DNA of 61,004 nucleotides, filler included. It is 5 parts of 5 records of this genome, joined end to end, with 100 filler letters (N's around TTAATTAATTAA, not from the genome) between each part and the next. Parts side by side here need not be neighbours in the genome. Positions count along the whole stretch, not along the records: positions 11,374 to 21,864 come from DRR378314_255; positions 21,965 to 34,308 come from DRR378314_257; 3 more parts are not named here. The stretch is one strand, 5' to 3'. Position numbers and translations under genes: made by a program. Shown piece by piece: positions 21,837-30,631 of the stretch (within the stretch, counting starts at the first letter, position 1; every line of letters starts with the position of its first letter). The notes under the pieces are model-generated. The model made no database searches, was not told the origin of the DNA, and saw only the letters and a program-made list of their open reading frames with translations.

Positions 21837-21864
21837 TGTGTGTGTGTGTGTGTGTGTGTGTGTG
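21837..21864. repeat. (TG)14 microsatellite at contig end
   Basis: Read directly; likely cause of the assembly break. Confidence 0.95.
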
Positions 21865-21964
21865 NNNNNNNNNNNNNNNNNNNNNNNNNNNNNNNNNNNN
21901 NNNNNNNNTTAATTAATTAANNNNNNNNNNNNNNNNNNNNNNNNNNNNNNNNNNNNNNNNNNNN
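21865..21964. other. Artificial contig spacer
   Basis: N44-TTAATTAATTAA-N44. Confidence 0.98.
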
Positions 21965-23680
21965 ATTCGGAGTTTTTCTACAGCCTCAACGCTTACAGGC
22001 CTGGCGAGACGCTTCGTCGATGACGGGCTTATCGATGAATCCACCGCGAAAGATGCCTTTCTTCAGGCATCCCACAACCGCATTCCACTCATTACCTACC
22101 TGGTACAGAACAACCTGGCGAACAGCGGAGGGCTCGCATTCTCCGCTGCGATGGAGTTCGGCGTTTCGGTTCTGGATCTCAACGCCTTTATGCCGGAGAT
22201 GATGCCCGATAAGGTCGTAGACGAAAAACTGATACGAAAACACAACGCCCTGCCGCTCTATAAACGTGGGAACCGGCTGTTTATTGCGGTCTCTGACCCG
22301 ACCAACATCCAGGCGCTGGACGAGATCAAGTTTAATACCGGTCTGAGCACAGACGCGATCCTGGTTGACGACGCCAAGCTCCGGGAAGCCATTGACAAGT
22401 ATCTTGAGTCCCACGATACGTCGATGGGTGATCTGGATGACGCCGACCTTGAAGGCGTTGAAACCGAAGGCGGTGACCAGGAAGACGATGCCGTTGTCGC
22501 GACGAGCGATGTTGACGATGCCCCCATCGTAAAGTACGTGAACAAGATGCTTCTTGACGCCATTCGCGGGGGTGCCTCGGACGTTCACTTTGAACCCTAC
22601 GAGAAAACCTACCGGGTTCGATACCGCACCGATGGCATTCTGAAAGAAATGTCGCGCCCCTCGATCAAGCTGGCGCCCAAGATTTCCGCCCGGGTAAAGA
22701 TCATGGCGCAGCTGGACATCTCGGAGCGCCGAGTCCCCCAGGACGGTCGGATCAAGATGAAGCTCTCCAAGACCAAGGCCATCGACTTCCGGGTCAATAC
22801 TCTGCCGACACTCTGGGGAGAAAAGATCGTTCTGCGGATTCTGGACCCCAGCCAGGCCAAGCTGGGCATCGACGTTCTGGGCTATGAAGACGAGCAGAAG
22901 CAGCTATACATGGAGGCGCTGGAGCAGCCGCAAGGCATGATTCTGGTAACCGGCCCGACAGGCTCCGGCAAAACGGTCTCTCTCTATACCGGCCTTAACA
23001 TACTGAACACGCCTGAGCGGAACATTTCCACAGCCGAAGACCCCGCGGAAATCAACCTGGAAGGCATTAACCAGGTCAACGTCAACACCAGGGTGGGCCT
23101 CGGCTTTGCAGAAGCATTGAGAGCCTTTCTGCGTCAGGATCCTGACATCATCATGGTGGGTGAGATCCGAGACCTGGAAACGGCGAATATCGCTATCAAA
23201 GCGGCGCAAACCGGGCACCTGGTACTCTCGACCCTGCACACTAACAGCGCTGCGGAAACGCTCACGCGCATGATGAACATGGGCGTTCCGTCCTTCAACA
23301 TCGCCACATCGGTGAGCCTGATCATTGCCCAGCGACTGGGCCGCCGACTGTGTAATTCCTGTCGGCAGCCGGCCGATATCCCCAAAGACGTGCTTTTAGC
23401 GGAGGGGTTCACACAGGAACAAATTGATACAGGGTTCACGTTGTACCGTCCCAAGGGCTGTGATAAATGCAATGGTGGATATAAAGGCCGCGTCGGGATT
23501 TACGAGGTGGTCAAGATTACCGACGAGCTGGCGAACATGATTATGGAAGAAGCCAGTTCGATTAAAATTGCAAAGCAGGCACAGGCCGAAGGCTTCCCGA
23601 ACTTGCGGCAGTCTGCCCTCAAAAAAGTCATTGAGGGCGTGACCAGTCTTGAGGAAGCCAACCGCGTGACGAAGGATTAA
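21965..23680 (+). CDS. pilB: Type IV-A pilus assembly ATPase PilB (start codon not captured)
   Basis: GPTGSGKT, EDPAE, LRQDPD, STLHTN and CxxC zinc motifs; frame is open upstream of ATG 22151 (TLTGLARRFVDDGLI) to the contig edge. Confidence 0.95.
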   Translation: MRSFSTASTLTGLARRFVDDGLIDESTAKDAFLQASHNRIPLITYLVQNNLANSGGLAFSAAMEFGVSVLDLNAFMPEMMPDKVVDEKLIRKHNALPLYKRGNRLFIAVSDPTNIQALDEIKFNTGLSTDAILVDDAKLREAIDKYLESHDTSMGDLDDADLEGVETEGGDQEDDAVVATSDVDDAPIVKYVNKMLLDAIRGGASDVHFEPYEKTYRVRYRTDGILKEMSRPSIKLAPKISARVKIMAQLDISERRVPQDGRIKMKLSKTKAIDFRVNTLPTLWGEKIVLRILDPSQAKLGIDVLGYEDEQKQLYMEALEQPQGMILVTGPTGSGKTVSLYTGLNILNTPERNISTAEDPAEINLEGINQVNVNTRVGLGFAEALRAFLRQDPDIIMVGEIRDLETANIAIKAAQTGHLVLSTLHTNSAAETLTRMMNMGVPSFNIATSVSLIIAQRLGRRLCNSCRQPADIPKDVLLAEGFTQEQIDTGFTLYRPKGCDKCNGGYKGRVGIYEVVKITDELANMIMEEASSIKIAKQAQAEGFPNLRQSALKKVIEGVTSLEEANRVTKD

Positions 23681-23682
23681 GC

Positions 23683-24903
23683 ATGGCAGAGAAAACAGAG
23701 AAACTTCAGGCGTTCGTCTGGGAAGGTAAAGACCGCAGGGGCAACAAAACCAAGGGCGAGGTGTCTGGCACCAACCTGGCCTTGGTGAAGGCCCAGTTGC
23801 GTAAGCAGGGCATTATTCCAGATAAGGTGAAGAAGAAACCGAAACCTCTGTTTGGCGGCAGCAAAAAGATCACGCCTTTCGACATCGCCATGCTTACGCG
23901 CCAACTCGCCACGATGATGAAGGCTGGCGTTCCGCTGGTTCAGAGTTTCGACATTGTGGCTGACGGCCTTGAGAACAGAGGCCTTCAAGAGCTGGTTACC
24001 AACATCCGCAACGATATTTCTTCGGGCACCAGTTTCGCCGGCGCCTTGCGTAAGTATCCCAGGCATTTTGACGACTTGTACTGCAACCTGGTGGATTCCG
24101 GGGAAAAAGCCGGTGCCCTTGAGAGCATGCTGGACCGTATCGCCACCTATCTCGAGAAAACCGAGATTCTCAAGAAGAAAGTCAAAAAGGCGATGACTTA
24201 CCCTGCCGCTATCGTTGTGGTTGCCATCGTCGTTACGGCGATCCTGTTGGTAAAAGTGGTGCCGCAGTTCGAAAGTCTTTTCAAGGGGTTTGGTGCGGAT
24301 CTGCCGGTATTCACACAGATGGTGGTCCGGTTATCGGAATGGCTTCAGACGTGGTGGTTTGTGGTTATGCTCGGCATTGTCGGCACTGTCTTTCTGTTTA
24401 AGGAAGCTGTACGGCGATCCCAGAAATTCTCGGATCTCGTCGATAAATATGTGCTGAAACTGCCCGTTGTGGGCGAAATACTGGACAAGTCAGCTGTCGC
24501 CAAATTCGGGCGCGTACTTTCCACGACCTTTGCGGCTGGTGTTCCGCTCGTTGACGCGCTCGACTCCGTTGCCGGCGCGACCGGCAACGCTGTTTATCGG
24601 GATGCTATCCAGCGAATAAAAAACGATGTTTCGAGCGGTACCCAACTGCAGGCCACCATGCGCCAACAGGAGGTGTTCCCGGTTATGGCCGTGCAATTGA
24701 CCGCCATTGGTGAAGAATCCGGTAATCTGGATGAAATGCTGGAAAAAGTCGCCGTCCACTACGAAGCGGTGGTGGATGATATGGTTGACAACCTCACGGC
24801 ACTGCTGGAGCCGATCATCATGGCGGTACTGGGCGTGCTTGTGGGCGGCCTGATCATCGCTATGTACCTGCCAATCTTCCAGATGGGTCAGGTGGTTGGC
24901 TGA
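23683..24903 (+). CDS. pilC: Type IV pilus inner-membrane platform protein PilC
   Basis: RQLATMMKAGVPL, GEKAG/GEESG, AMYLPIF. Confidence 0.95.
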   Translation: MAEKTEKLQAFVWEGKDRRGNKTKGEVSGTNLALVKAQLRKQGIIPDKVKKKPKPLFGGSKKITPFDIAMLTRQLATMMKAGVPLVQSFDIVADGLENRGLQELVTNIRNDISSGTSFAGALRKYPRHFDDLYCNLVDSGEKAGALESMLDRIATYLEKTEILKKKVKKAMTYPAAIVVVAIVVTAILLVKVVPQFESLFKGFGADLPVFTQMVVRLSEWLQTWWFVVMLGIVGTVFLFKEAVRRSQKFSDLVDKYVLKLPVVGEILDKSAVAKFGRVLSTTFAAGVPLVDALDSVAGATGNAVYRDAIQRIKNDVSSGTQLQATMRQQEVFPVMAVQLTAIGEESGNLDEMLEKVAVHYEAVVDDMVDNLTALLEPIIMAVLGVLVGGLIIAMYLPIFQMGQVVG

Positions 24904-24923
24904 TCACGCCCTTCCTTTCACCA

Positions 24924-24961
24924 CCCCCTCTCCCCACCCCTCTTCCACAATGGGAGAGGGG
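24924..24961. repeat. CCCCTCTCCC...GGGAGAGGGG palindromic (REP-like) element
   Basis: CCCCTCTTCCA-CAA-TGGGAGAGGGG stem preceded by a second CCCCTCTCCCC. Confidence 0.55.
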
Positions 24962-24988
24962 CTTTGATGGCGCAGATTGAGAGTTTTG

Positions 24989-25864
24989 ATGATTTCCCTT
25001 GATACGTTCCTGGCCACTCCCTGGCTTCTCTATACCGCAGTCATTTTTTTCTCCCTCTGCATCGGTAGCTTCCTGAATGTGGTGATCCTTCGCCTGCCGA
25101 AGATGATGCAGCAGGACTGGCGATGCCAATGTGAGGAGTTCCTTGAGCTATCGGACGATCAGCGTAAGAACGACGAGCAGATTACGCTCTCCAAGCCCGC
25201 TTCCACCTGCCCTTCCTGCGGTCACGGGATTCGCGCCTGGGAAAACGTCCCGGTCATCAGCTACCTGGTTTTGGGCGGCAAATGCGCTTCCTGCAAAGCG
25301 GGCATTTCACCGCGATACCCAATCATTGAGGCGATGACCGCGCTGTTTTCGGTGGTGACCATTCTGGTCATGGGGCCATCTGAGGCTGCATTATGGTCTC
25401 TGCTGTTGGTATGGGTATTAATCGCACTGACCGTGATTGATTTCGACACCCAGTTGTTGCCAGACAGCATGACGCTGCCCCTCATGTGGCTCGGGCTGAT
25501 ACTGAATTATTTCGGCGTGCTGACGGAATTCAGCAGCGCGTTCTGGGGTGCGGTAGCGGGCTATCTCTCCCTCTGGTCGGTGTACTGGCTGTTCAAGTTG
25601 GTAACCGGCAAAGAGGGCATGGGCCACGGCGATTTCAAGTTATTGGCGGCGCTGGGCGCCTGGTTAGGCTGGGAATTGCTGCCGGCGGTGATTCTGTTGT
25701 CGTCTCTGGTCGGTGCCGTTGTGGGGATTAGTTTGATGGTGTTTCGCAAACACGGTCGCGAAGTGCCAATTCCGTTTGGCCCCTATCTGGCAGCGGCGGG
25801 TTTGCTGTGCCTTTGGTTTGGGGCAGAGATTCAGGCGGCGTGGTATGCGTATCTGGGGGTCTGA
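24989..25864 (+). CDS. pilD: Prepilin peptidase/N-methyltransferase PilD
   Basis: GSFLNVVI, two CxxC, IDFDTQLLPD, GMGHGDFKL, PFGPYL. Confidence 0.95.
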   Translation: MISLDTFLATPWLLYTAVIFFSLCIGSFLNVVILRLPKMMQQDWRCQCEEFLELSDDQRKNDEQITLSKPASTCPSCGHGIRAWENVPVISYLVLGGKCASCKAGISPRYPIIEAMTALFSVVTILVMGPSEAALWSLLLVWVLIALTVIDFDTQLLPDSMTLPLMWLGLILNYFGVLTEFSSAFWGAVAGYLSLWSVYWLFKLVTGKEGMGHGDFKLLAALGAWLGWELLPAVILLSSLVGAVVGISLMVFRKHGREVPIPFGPYLAAAGLLCLWFGAEIQAAWYAYLGV

Positions 25865-26467
25865 ATGGCAGTTGTAGGCCTTACCGGCGGTATCGGGTCC
25901 GGCAAATCCACCGTTGCGCGGCTGTTCGGAGCGCTGGGGGTGCACTGGGTGGATGCGGATGATGTTGCCCGTGAAGTCGTCGAACCCGGCACCCCCGCCC
26001 TCGAACGGATTGCGGAGCATTTTGGGCAAGATATCCTGCTGCCGGATGGCGCCTTGGACCGTGCGGCGCTGAGACGGATCGTATTCGATGCGCCGGAAGA
26101 GCGCACCTGGCTGGAGTCGCTGTTGCACCCGGTGATCCGTGAGGAACTGATGCGGCAGCTGCATCCGGACAACTATCCCCTACCCTATGTGCTTCTGGTG
26201 TCGCCTTTATTGCTGGAAACCAATCAGCATGAGCTGGTCGATAAAATCGTCGTGGTGGATGTGCCGGTCGATGTGCAGATCGAGCGAACCATGGCCAGGG
26301 ACACCAACGATAGAGCACAGGTAGAGCGAATCATTGCCGCCCAGATGCCCCGTGAGAAGCGACTCCAGAAAGCCGATGACGTGGTGGACAACAGTCTGGC
26401 TATGATGGATGTTGAGCGCCAGGTTCAACAGTTGCACCAGACGTTCCTGGCAGCCTTTGGGCGCTAG
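25865..26467 (+). CDS. coaE: Dephospho-CoA kinase
   Basis: GLTGGIGSGKST, DAD, LDRAALR, HP, PLL.E; follows pilD. Confidence 0.95.
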   Translation: MAVVGLTGGIGSGKSTVARLFGALGVHWVDADDVAREVVEPGTPALERIAEHFGQDILLPDGALDRAALRRIVFDAPEERTWLESLLHPVIREELMRQLHPDNYPLPYVLLVSPLLLETNQHELVDKIVVVDVPVDVQIERTMARDTNDRAQVERIIAAQMPREKRLQKADDVVDNSLAMMDVERQVQQLHQTFLAAFGR

Positions 26468-26472
26468 TGTCT

Positions 26473-27219
26473 ATGAGCCGACATCCTTCCCGCCCCGCTG
26501 TTGATGCCTTAACGCTCACCCCCATCGCACTGACTCGTTCCTGTTTCCGGGACAAGTTTGGCGTACCCCGCCAACCGGGGCTGACCCGATTTGCCCACGC
26601 TGATCTGATTATCCAATCGCCGTTCGATCGCGAGGATGCGTTCCGGGGGCTTGAGACCGCCAGCCACCTGTGGCTGACATTCCAGTTTCACGAGGCGGTG
26701 CGCGCAGAGTGGCGCCCGGTGGTGCGGCCCCCGCGGTTGGGTGGGAATAAGAAGATGGGTGTGTTCGCCAGCCGGTCACCTTTTCGCCCCAACAGCCTGG
26801 GGCTGTCAGTCGTACGAAACGAAGGGCTGACGCGGGATGCGGACGGTCGCCTGGTGTTGCGGATTGGGGACCATGATCTTATCGATGGCACCCCCATCCT
26901 GGACATCAAGCCCTATCTGCCATTTTCGGATTCGGTGCCGGAAGCCACCCTGGGTTGGGCGGAGTCTGCCCCCACGGAACGGTTGCCCGTGGTGTTCATG
27001 GACGAAGCCGAACAACAGCTTGCGGCGCTGTCAACGGAGCAGTATCCCGATTTCCGGGGCCTGATTGAAGACGTTGTCAGCTATGACCCCCGCCCATCTT
27101 TCCGACGGGGTCGGGATGAAGAACGTATCTACGGGGCGCACCTGTACGATTTGAACGTGCGTTTTCGCTTTATACACAATGAGTCACAGGAACGTGTCGA
27201 AGTGCTGACGGTCTGTTAA
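26473..27219 (+). CDS. trmO: tRNA m6t6A37 methyltransferase TrmO (TsaA/YaeB)
   Basis: KFGVPRQPG, VRPPRLGGN, GVFASRSPFRPN, DGTPILDIKPY, DPRP. Confidence 0.92.
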   Translation: MSRHPSRPAVDALTLTPIALTRSCFRDKFGVPRQPGLTRFAHADLIIQSPFDREDAFRGLETASHLWLTFQFHEAVRAEWRPVVRPPRLGGNKKMGVFASRSPFRPNSLGLSVVRNEGLTRDADGRLVLRIGDHDLIDGTPILDIKPYLPFSDSVPEATLGWAESAPTERLPVVFMDEAEQQLAALSTEQYPDFRGLIEDVVSYDPRPSFRRGRDEERIYGAHLYDLNVRFRFIHNESQERVEVLTVC

Positions 27220-27251
27220 ACTGCAGATCGGTTGTTTTTTCGACACAGGGA

Positions 27252-29612
27252 ATGCGTGCCTTGCCTCCGATCCGGTTATTCAGACGAATAGGTGTACGGC
27301 CACTGGCTGCCAGGCTGCTAGTTTACGTTCTGTTGTTCAGCCTTATCCTGTCTCTGGCTGCCACGGGCGTACAGATGATTGGCGAGTTTGAGCGTAGAAC
27401 CGAAGAGTTGCGCAGCACCCAGGAACGCGCTGCGGAACTGGTGGCTGGCAGTATGAGCAACAACCTCTGGCTGATGAATTACAGCGAGGTGGCCAACAGC
27501 CTGGATGACATGCGGGCCATTCCGGTTATCCAGCATGCCCGCGTGATCACTGCCGCTGGCGAGGAGTTCAGCACAGGGACCTACCCGGATGGCCGGGTGA
27601 TCAGTCAATCCTTCCCTCTGGTATTCAATCGCGCGTCCTTCGATAGCCCGGAAGCCATGGGTACGCTGACCGTGACGTCGTCCGTGGAAACTGTCTACAA
27701 CGAATTGAAGGACCGGGCACTGCTCACATTGTTGTTCCAGTCGATGATTGTGATGCTGGGCACCCTTGGGCTGCTGATTATTGTTCGGCTGACGCTTTCC
27801 CGCCATCTGGAGGCAATCGCCGACTACGCCGCCCGGCTGAACCTGGACGCGTTGATTGAACCGCTGAGACTTCGCCGCAAGCGCCCAAAGCGAGGCGACG
27901 AACTGAGCGAGTTGGAACAGGCGCTGAACACCATGCGCCTGCAGCTGCTCGAAGACACCCGCTCTCTGCGCCAGACCTCTATCCAGTCCCAGGACGAACG
28001 GGACGAAGCGGTGCGGGCAAACCACGCCAAGAATCAGTTCCTTGCCAATGTCAGCCATGAATTGCGCATTCCGCTGCAATCCGTGCTCGGCTACGCCAAT
28101 CTGCTGTCAGACACCCCTCTGGACCAGGATCAGAGGGAATATGTCCATACCCTGCTCAATGCATCAGAGGGGCTATCGGCCATCATTAACGACCTGCTGG
28201 ACATTTCCAGCATGGAAGCCGGCAAACTGGTGCTGGATAACATTCCGTTCGATCTCCGCGACACCCTGAACGATCTGGTGCACATGCTGGGCGCACGGGC
28301 TCGGGAAAAAGGCCTGGCACTGGAACTGCGCATCGACGAAAACCTGCCCTGGGCGTTGAAGGGCGACCCGGTGCGGCTGCGGCAGGTCCTGCTGAACATG
28401 ACCTCCAACGCCATCAAGTTCACCGATTCCGGCCACGTGCTGATCAGCATCGAGGTGTTGGGCCGACGGGATAACAATGTACGGCTGCGGATGGCGGTTG
28501 AAGACACCGGCGTGGGAATCAACCCCGAGGATATCCCGCTGGTGTATGAGCCTTATGTCCAGCTTGGTCAGCGTTTTCAGCGCCAGTTGCCGGGCGCGGG
28601 GCTGGGCCTGACCATCTGTCGCCAACTGGTTCAGTTGATGGACGGCTCCCTGGACCTTGAGAGCAAACCGGGCGAAGGCTCCACGTTCTGGATGGAACTC
28701 TCCCTTCAGGTTGCGCCTGAAAGCGCCTCTCGCGGCCGGCCAGACACCAGCATGATCCGGGGCCGCCACATCCTGGTGGTGGATTCCTACGAACTGTCCC
28801 GCAAGATCACCCTGGAAATGCTGTCCCGCCACGAGCTGGATATCGAAGCGGTGAAGTCCGCCGGTGAGGCGCTGACCTCGTTGCGGCTGGCCTCGGACAA
28901 CCAGGAACCCTTTGATGCCATCGTGCTGGACGGGTTTGTGCCGGATATGGACAGTGACTTGCTGTGTCGCCAGATTCGCAGTAACCCGGAGTGGGGGCAC
29001 ACGCGGCTATTGATTCTTTCGTCCAACCCCCAACGCGGCGATGCCGAACATTTCCGACAGGCCGGTGCCGATGCGTTCCTGAGCAAATCCCTGCGGGAGT
29101 CTTGCCTGACCCCCATCCTGCATCAACTGTTTTCAGACTCCACCCGAAACGAACGCCGCTTCCTGACCCGGTTTTCACTGCAATCGGTGAGTGATAGCAC
29201 CCGCCGGCAGGAGTTGCCCTGCGGCCGCATGAAAGTGCTTTTGGTGGAAGATAACCCGGTTAACCGCACCCTCACCCGCCGGCTGCTGGAAAAACTGGGC
29301 TGCGACGTGATGACGGCCAACGACGGCGAGGCCGCTTCCAGCCTCTGGCAGTGGCACCCCTACGATCTGATTTTTATGGACTGCGTCATGCCCCGCGTGG
29401 ATGGTTTCGAGGCCACTCGCCGCCTGCGCCAATGGGAGCATGACCACAACCGCCAGCGCGTGCCTGTGGTTGCCCTGACCGCAAGCGCCATGGAGAAAGA
29501 CGAAGAGCGCTGTCGCGAGGCGGGCATGGATTCGTTCGTCGCCAAGCCGGTCAATATTGAAATGCTGCGGGCGGTTCTGGAACAATACTGCCAAGCGTCC
29601 GCATCCACCTGA
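27252..29612 (+). CDS. Membrane hybrid sensor histidine kinase with two receiver domains
   Basis: Two TM helices, [15 protein letters not shown]-box, NAIKFT, DTGVGI, GAGLGL; REC motifs IVLD and IFMDCVMP; no HPt. Confidence 0.92.
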   Translation: MRALPPIRLFRRIGVRPLAARLLVYVLLFSLILSLAATGVQMIGEFERRTEELRSTQERAAELVAGSMSNNLWLMNYSEVANSLDDMRAIPVIQHARVITAAGEEFSTGTYPDGRVISQSFPLVFNRASFDSPEAMGTLTVTSSVETVYNELKDRALLTLLFQSMIVMLGTLGLLIIVRLTLSRHLEAIADYAARLNLDALIEPLRLRRKRPKRGDELSELEQALNTMRLQLLEDTRSLRQTSIQSQDERDEAVRANHAKNQFLANVSHELRIPLQSVLGYANLLSDTPLDQDQREYVHTLLNASEGLSAIINDLLDISSMEAGKLVLDNIPFDLRDTLNDLVHMLGARAREKGLALELRIDENLPWALKGDPVRLRQVLLNMTSNAIKFTDSGHVLISIEVLGRRDNNVRLRMAVEDTGVGINPEDIPLVYEPYVQLGQRFQRQLPGAGLGLTICRQLVQLMDGSLDLESKPGEGSTFWMELSLQVAPESASRGRPDTSMIRGRHILVVDSYELSRKITLEMLSRHELDIEAVKSAGEALTSLRLASDNQEPFDAIVLDGFVPDMDSDLLCRQIRSNPEWGHTRLLILSSNPQRGDAEHFRQAGADAFLSKSLRESCLTPILHQLFSDSTRNERRFLTRFSLQSVSDSTRRQELPCGRMKVLLVEDNPVNRTLTRRLLEKLGCDVMTANDGEAASSLWQWHPYDLIFMDCVMPRVDGFEATRRLRQWEHDHNRQRVPVVALTASAMEKDEERCREAGMDSFVAKPVNIEMLRAVLEQYCQASAST

Positions 29613-29631
29613 ATACCCGACAAAGGCCACC

Positions 29632-29820
29632 ATGAACGTAGAATGCCCCACTTGTAAGAAGTCCGCGGAATGGAATGAGAACAACCCTTTTCGCCCTTTC
29701 TGCTCCGAACGCTGTAAACTGATCGACCTGGGCGCCTGGGCCAATGAGGAATACCGCGTTCCTGCAGAAAACGCGTCCCCTGACGATCTGGACCAGGGCG
29801 GCGAGACAACCACCCATTGA
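29632..29820 (+). CDS. yacG: DNA gyrase inhibitor YacG
   Basis: CPTC...[17 protein letters not shown]. Confidence 0.93.
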   Translation: MNVECPTCKKSAEWNENNPFRPFCSERCKLIDLGAWANEEYRVPAENASPDDLDQGGETTTH

Positions 29821-29829
29821 CCGCCCGTA

Positions 29830-29854
29830 TTAACCCGCCCTTAACCCGTTTTAA
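29830..29854 (+). promoter_or_regulatory. Phased TTAA direct repeats upstream of yfaZ (possible OmpR/PhoB-family site)
   Basis: TTAACCCG at 29830 and 29841, TTAA at 29851; spacing 11 and 10 nt. Confidence 0.35.
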
Positions 29855-29921
29855 GTTGAGCCGCCCGGGCCGGACCGTTAACATTCCGGCGGTTACATTC
29901 AAACATTAAGAAGGTCGAAGA

Positions 29922-30476
29922 ATGAAAGCGTCCCGTATTCCCCTTATCGTTCTGTCACTTGCGGCAGCACCTGTATACGCCTCCGATGTGGACCTGAGCC
30001 TGACCAACGACTCGGTCAAGGGCCAGGTCAACTTCTTCGGCACCAATTCCGACATTCAGGTAGGCACCGGCTATACCTATCACGAAGGCAGCCGTCACAT
30101 CGGCAATGTGGATTTCCACGCCCAGGGCCGCACGGCCATTGGCAACCTGCCCACAACTGCGGGCATTGGTGTTCGTGCTTTTGGATGGGATGATGATCGG
30201 CTTGACGGCGGAGCCGTGGCTCTCGGCGGTTTTGCCACCGTGAACGTGCCCAACGTACCCGGGCTGTCGTTTACCGGCGGGCTTCACTATGCGCCCAGCA
30301 TCCTCGCGTTTGGCGATTCCGACGACCTCACCAGCGTTGAACTTCGCGGCAGCTACCGCGTTATCCGCAACGCAGAGGTGTTTGCCGGTTACCGTTACCT
30401 GAATACCGACTTTGACGGCCGCGGTGACCTGAACCTGGATGAAGGTGTCATGGCCGGCATGAAGATCTTCTTCTGA
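29922..30476 (+). CDS. YfaZ family outer-membrane beta-barrel protein
   Basis: Signal peptide, alternating beta strands, YAPSILAFGD, GYRY, terminal Phe. Confidence 0.85.
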   Translation: MKASRIPLIVLSLAAAPVYASDVDLSLTNDSVKGQVNFFGTNSDIQVGTGYTYHEGSRHIGNVDFHAQGRTAIGNLPTTAGIGVRAFGWDDDRLDGGAVALGGFATVNVPNVPGLSFTGGLHYAPSILAFGDSDDLTSVELRGSYRVIRNAEVFAGYRYLNTDFDGRGDLNLDEGVMAGMKIFF

Positions 30477-30631
30477 TCAGACCCCGATCTATGCAAAATA
30501 GCCCCGCCCGTCCCTGACAGGGTGGGGTTATCGCTCCCCATTTTCGTGCCCTTCCTCACTCTTTGTGACTTGCCAACTTGATAGACTTCTGGCTCACGCT
30601 CCGGGAACGTTTATCTGGCAGGGACAACCGT

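Larger units (their letters stand above)
11374..21864. other. Eukaryotic genomic contig (intron-rich)
   Basis: No operon-like ORFs; many GT(A/G)CGY or GTATGT donors and YAG acceptors; a spliced gene can be assembled; terminal (TG)n microsatellite. Confidence 0.85.

Noticed and set aside
22151-23680. PilB as an N-terminally shortened 509-aa variant
   Set aside because: The frame continues upstream with PilB-like sequence to the contig edge; this is truncation by assembly.
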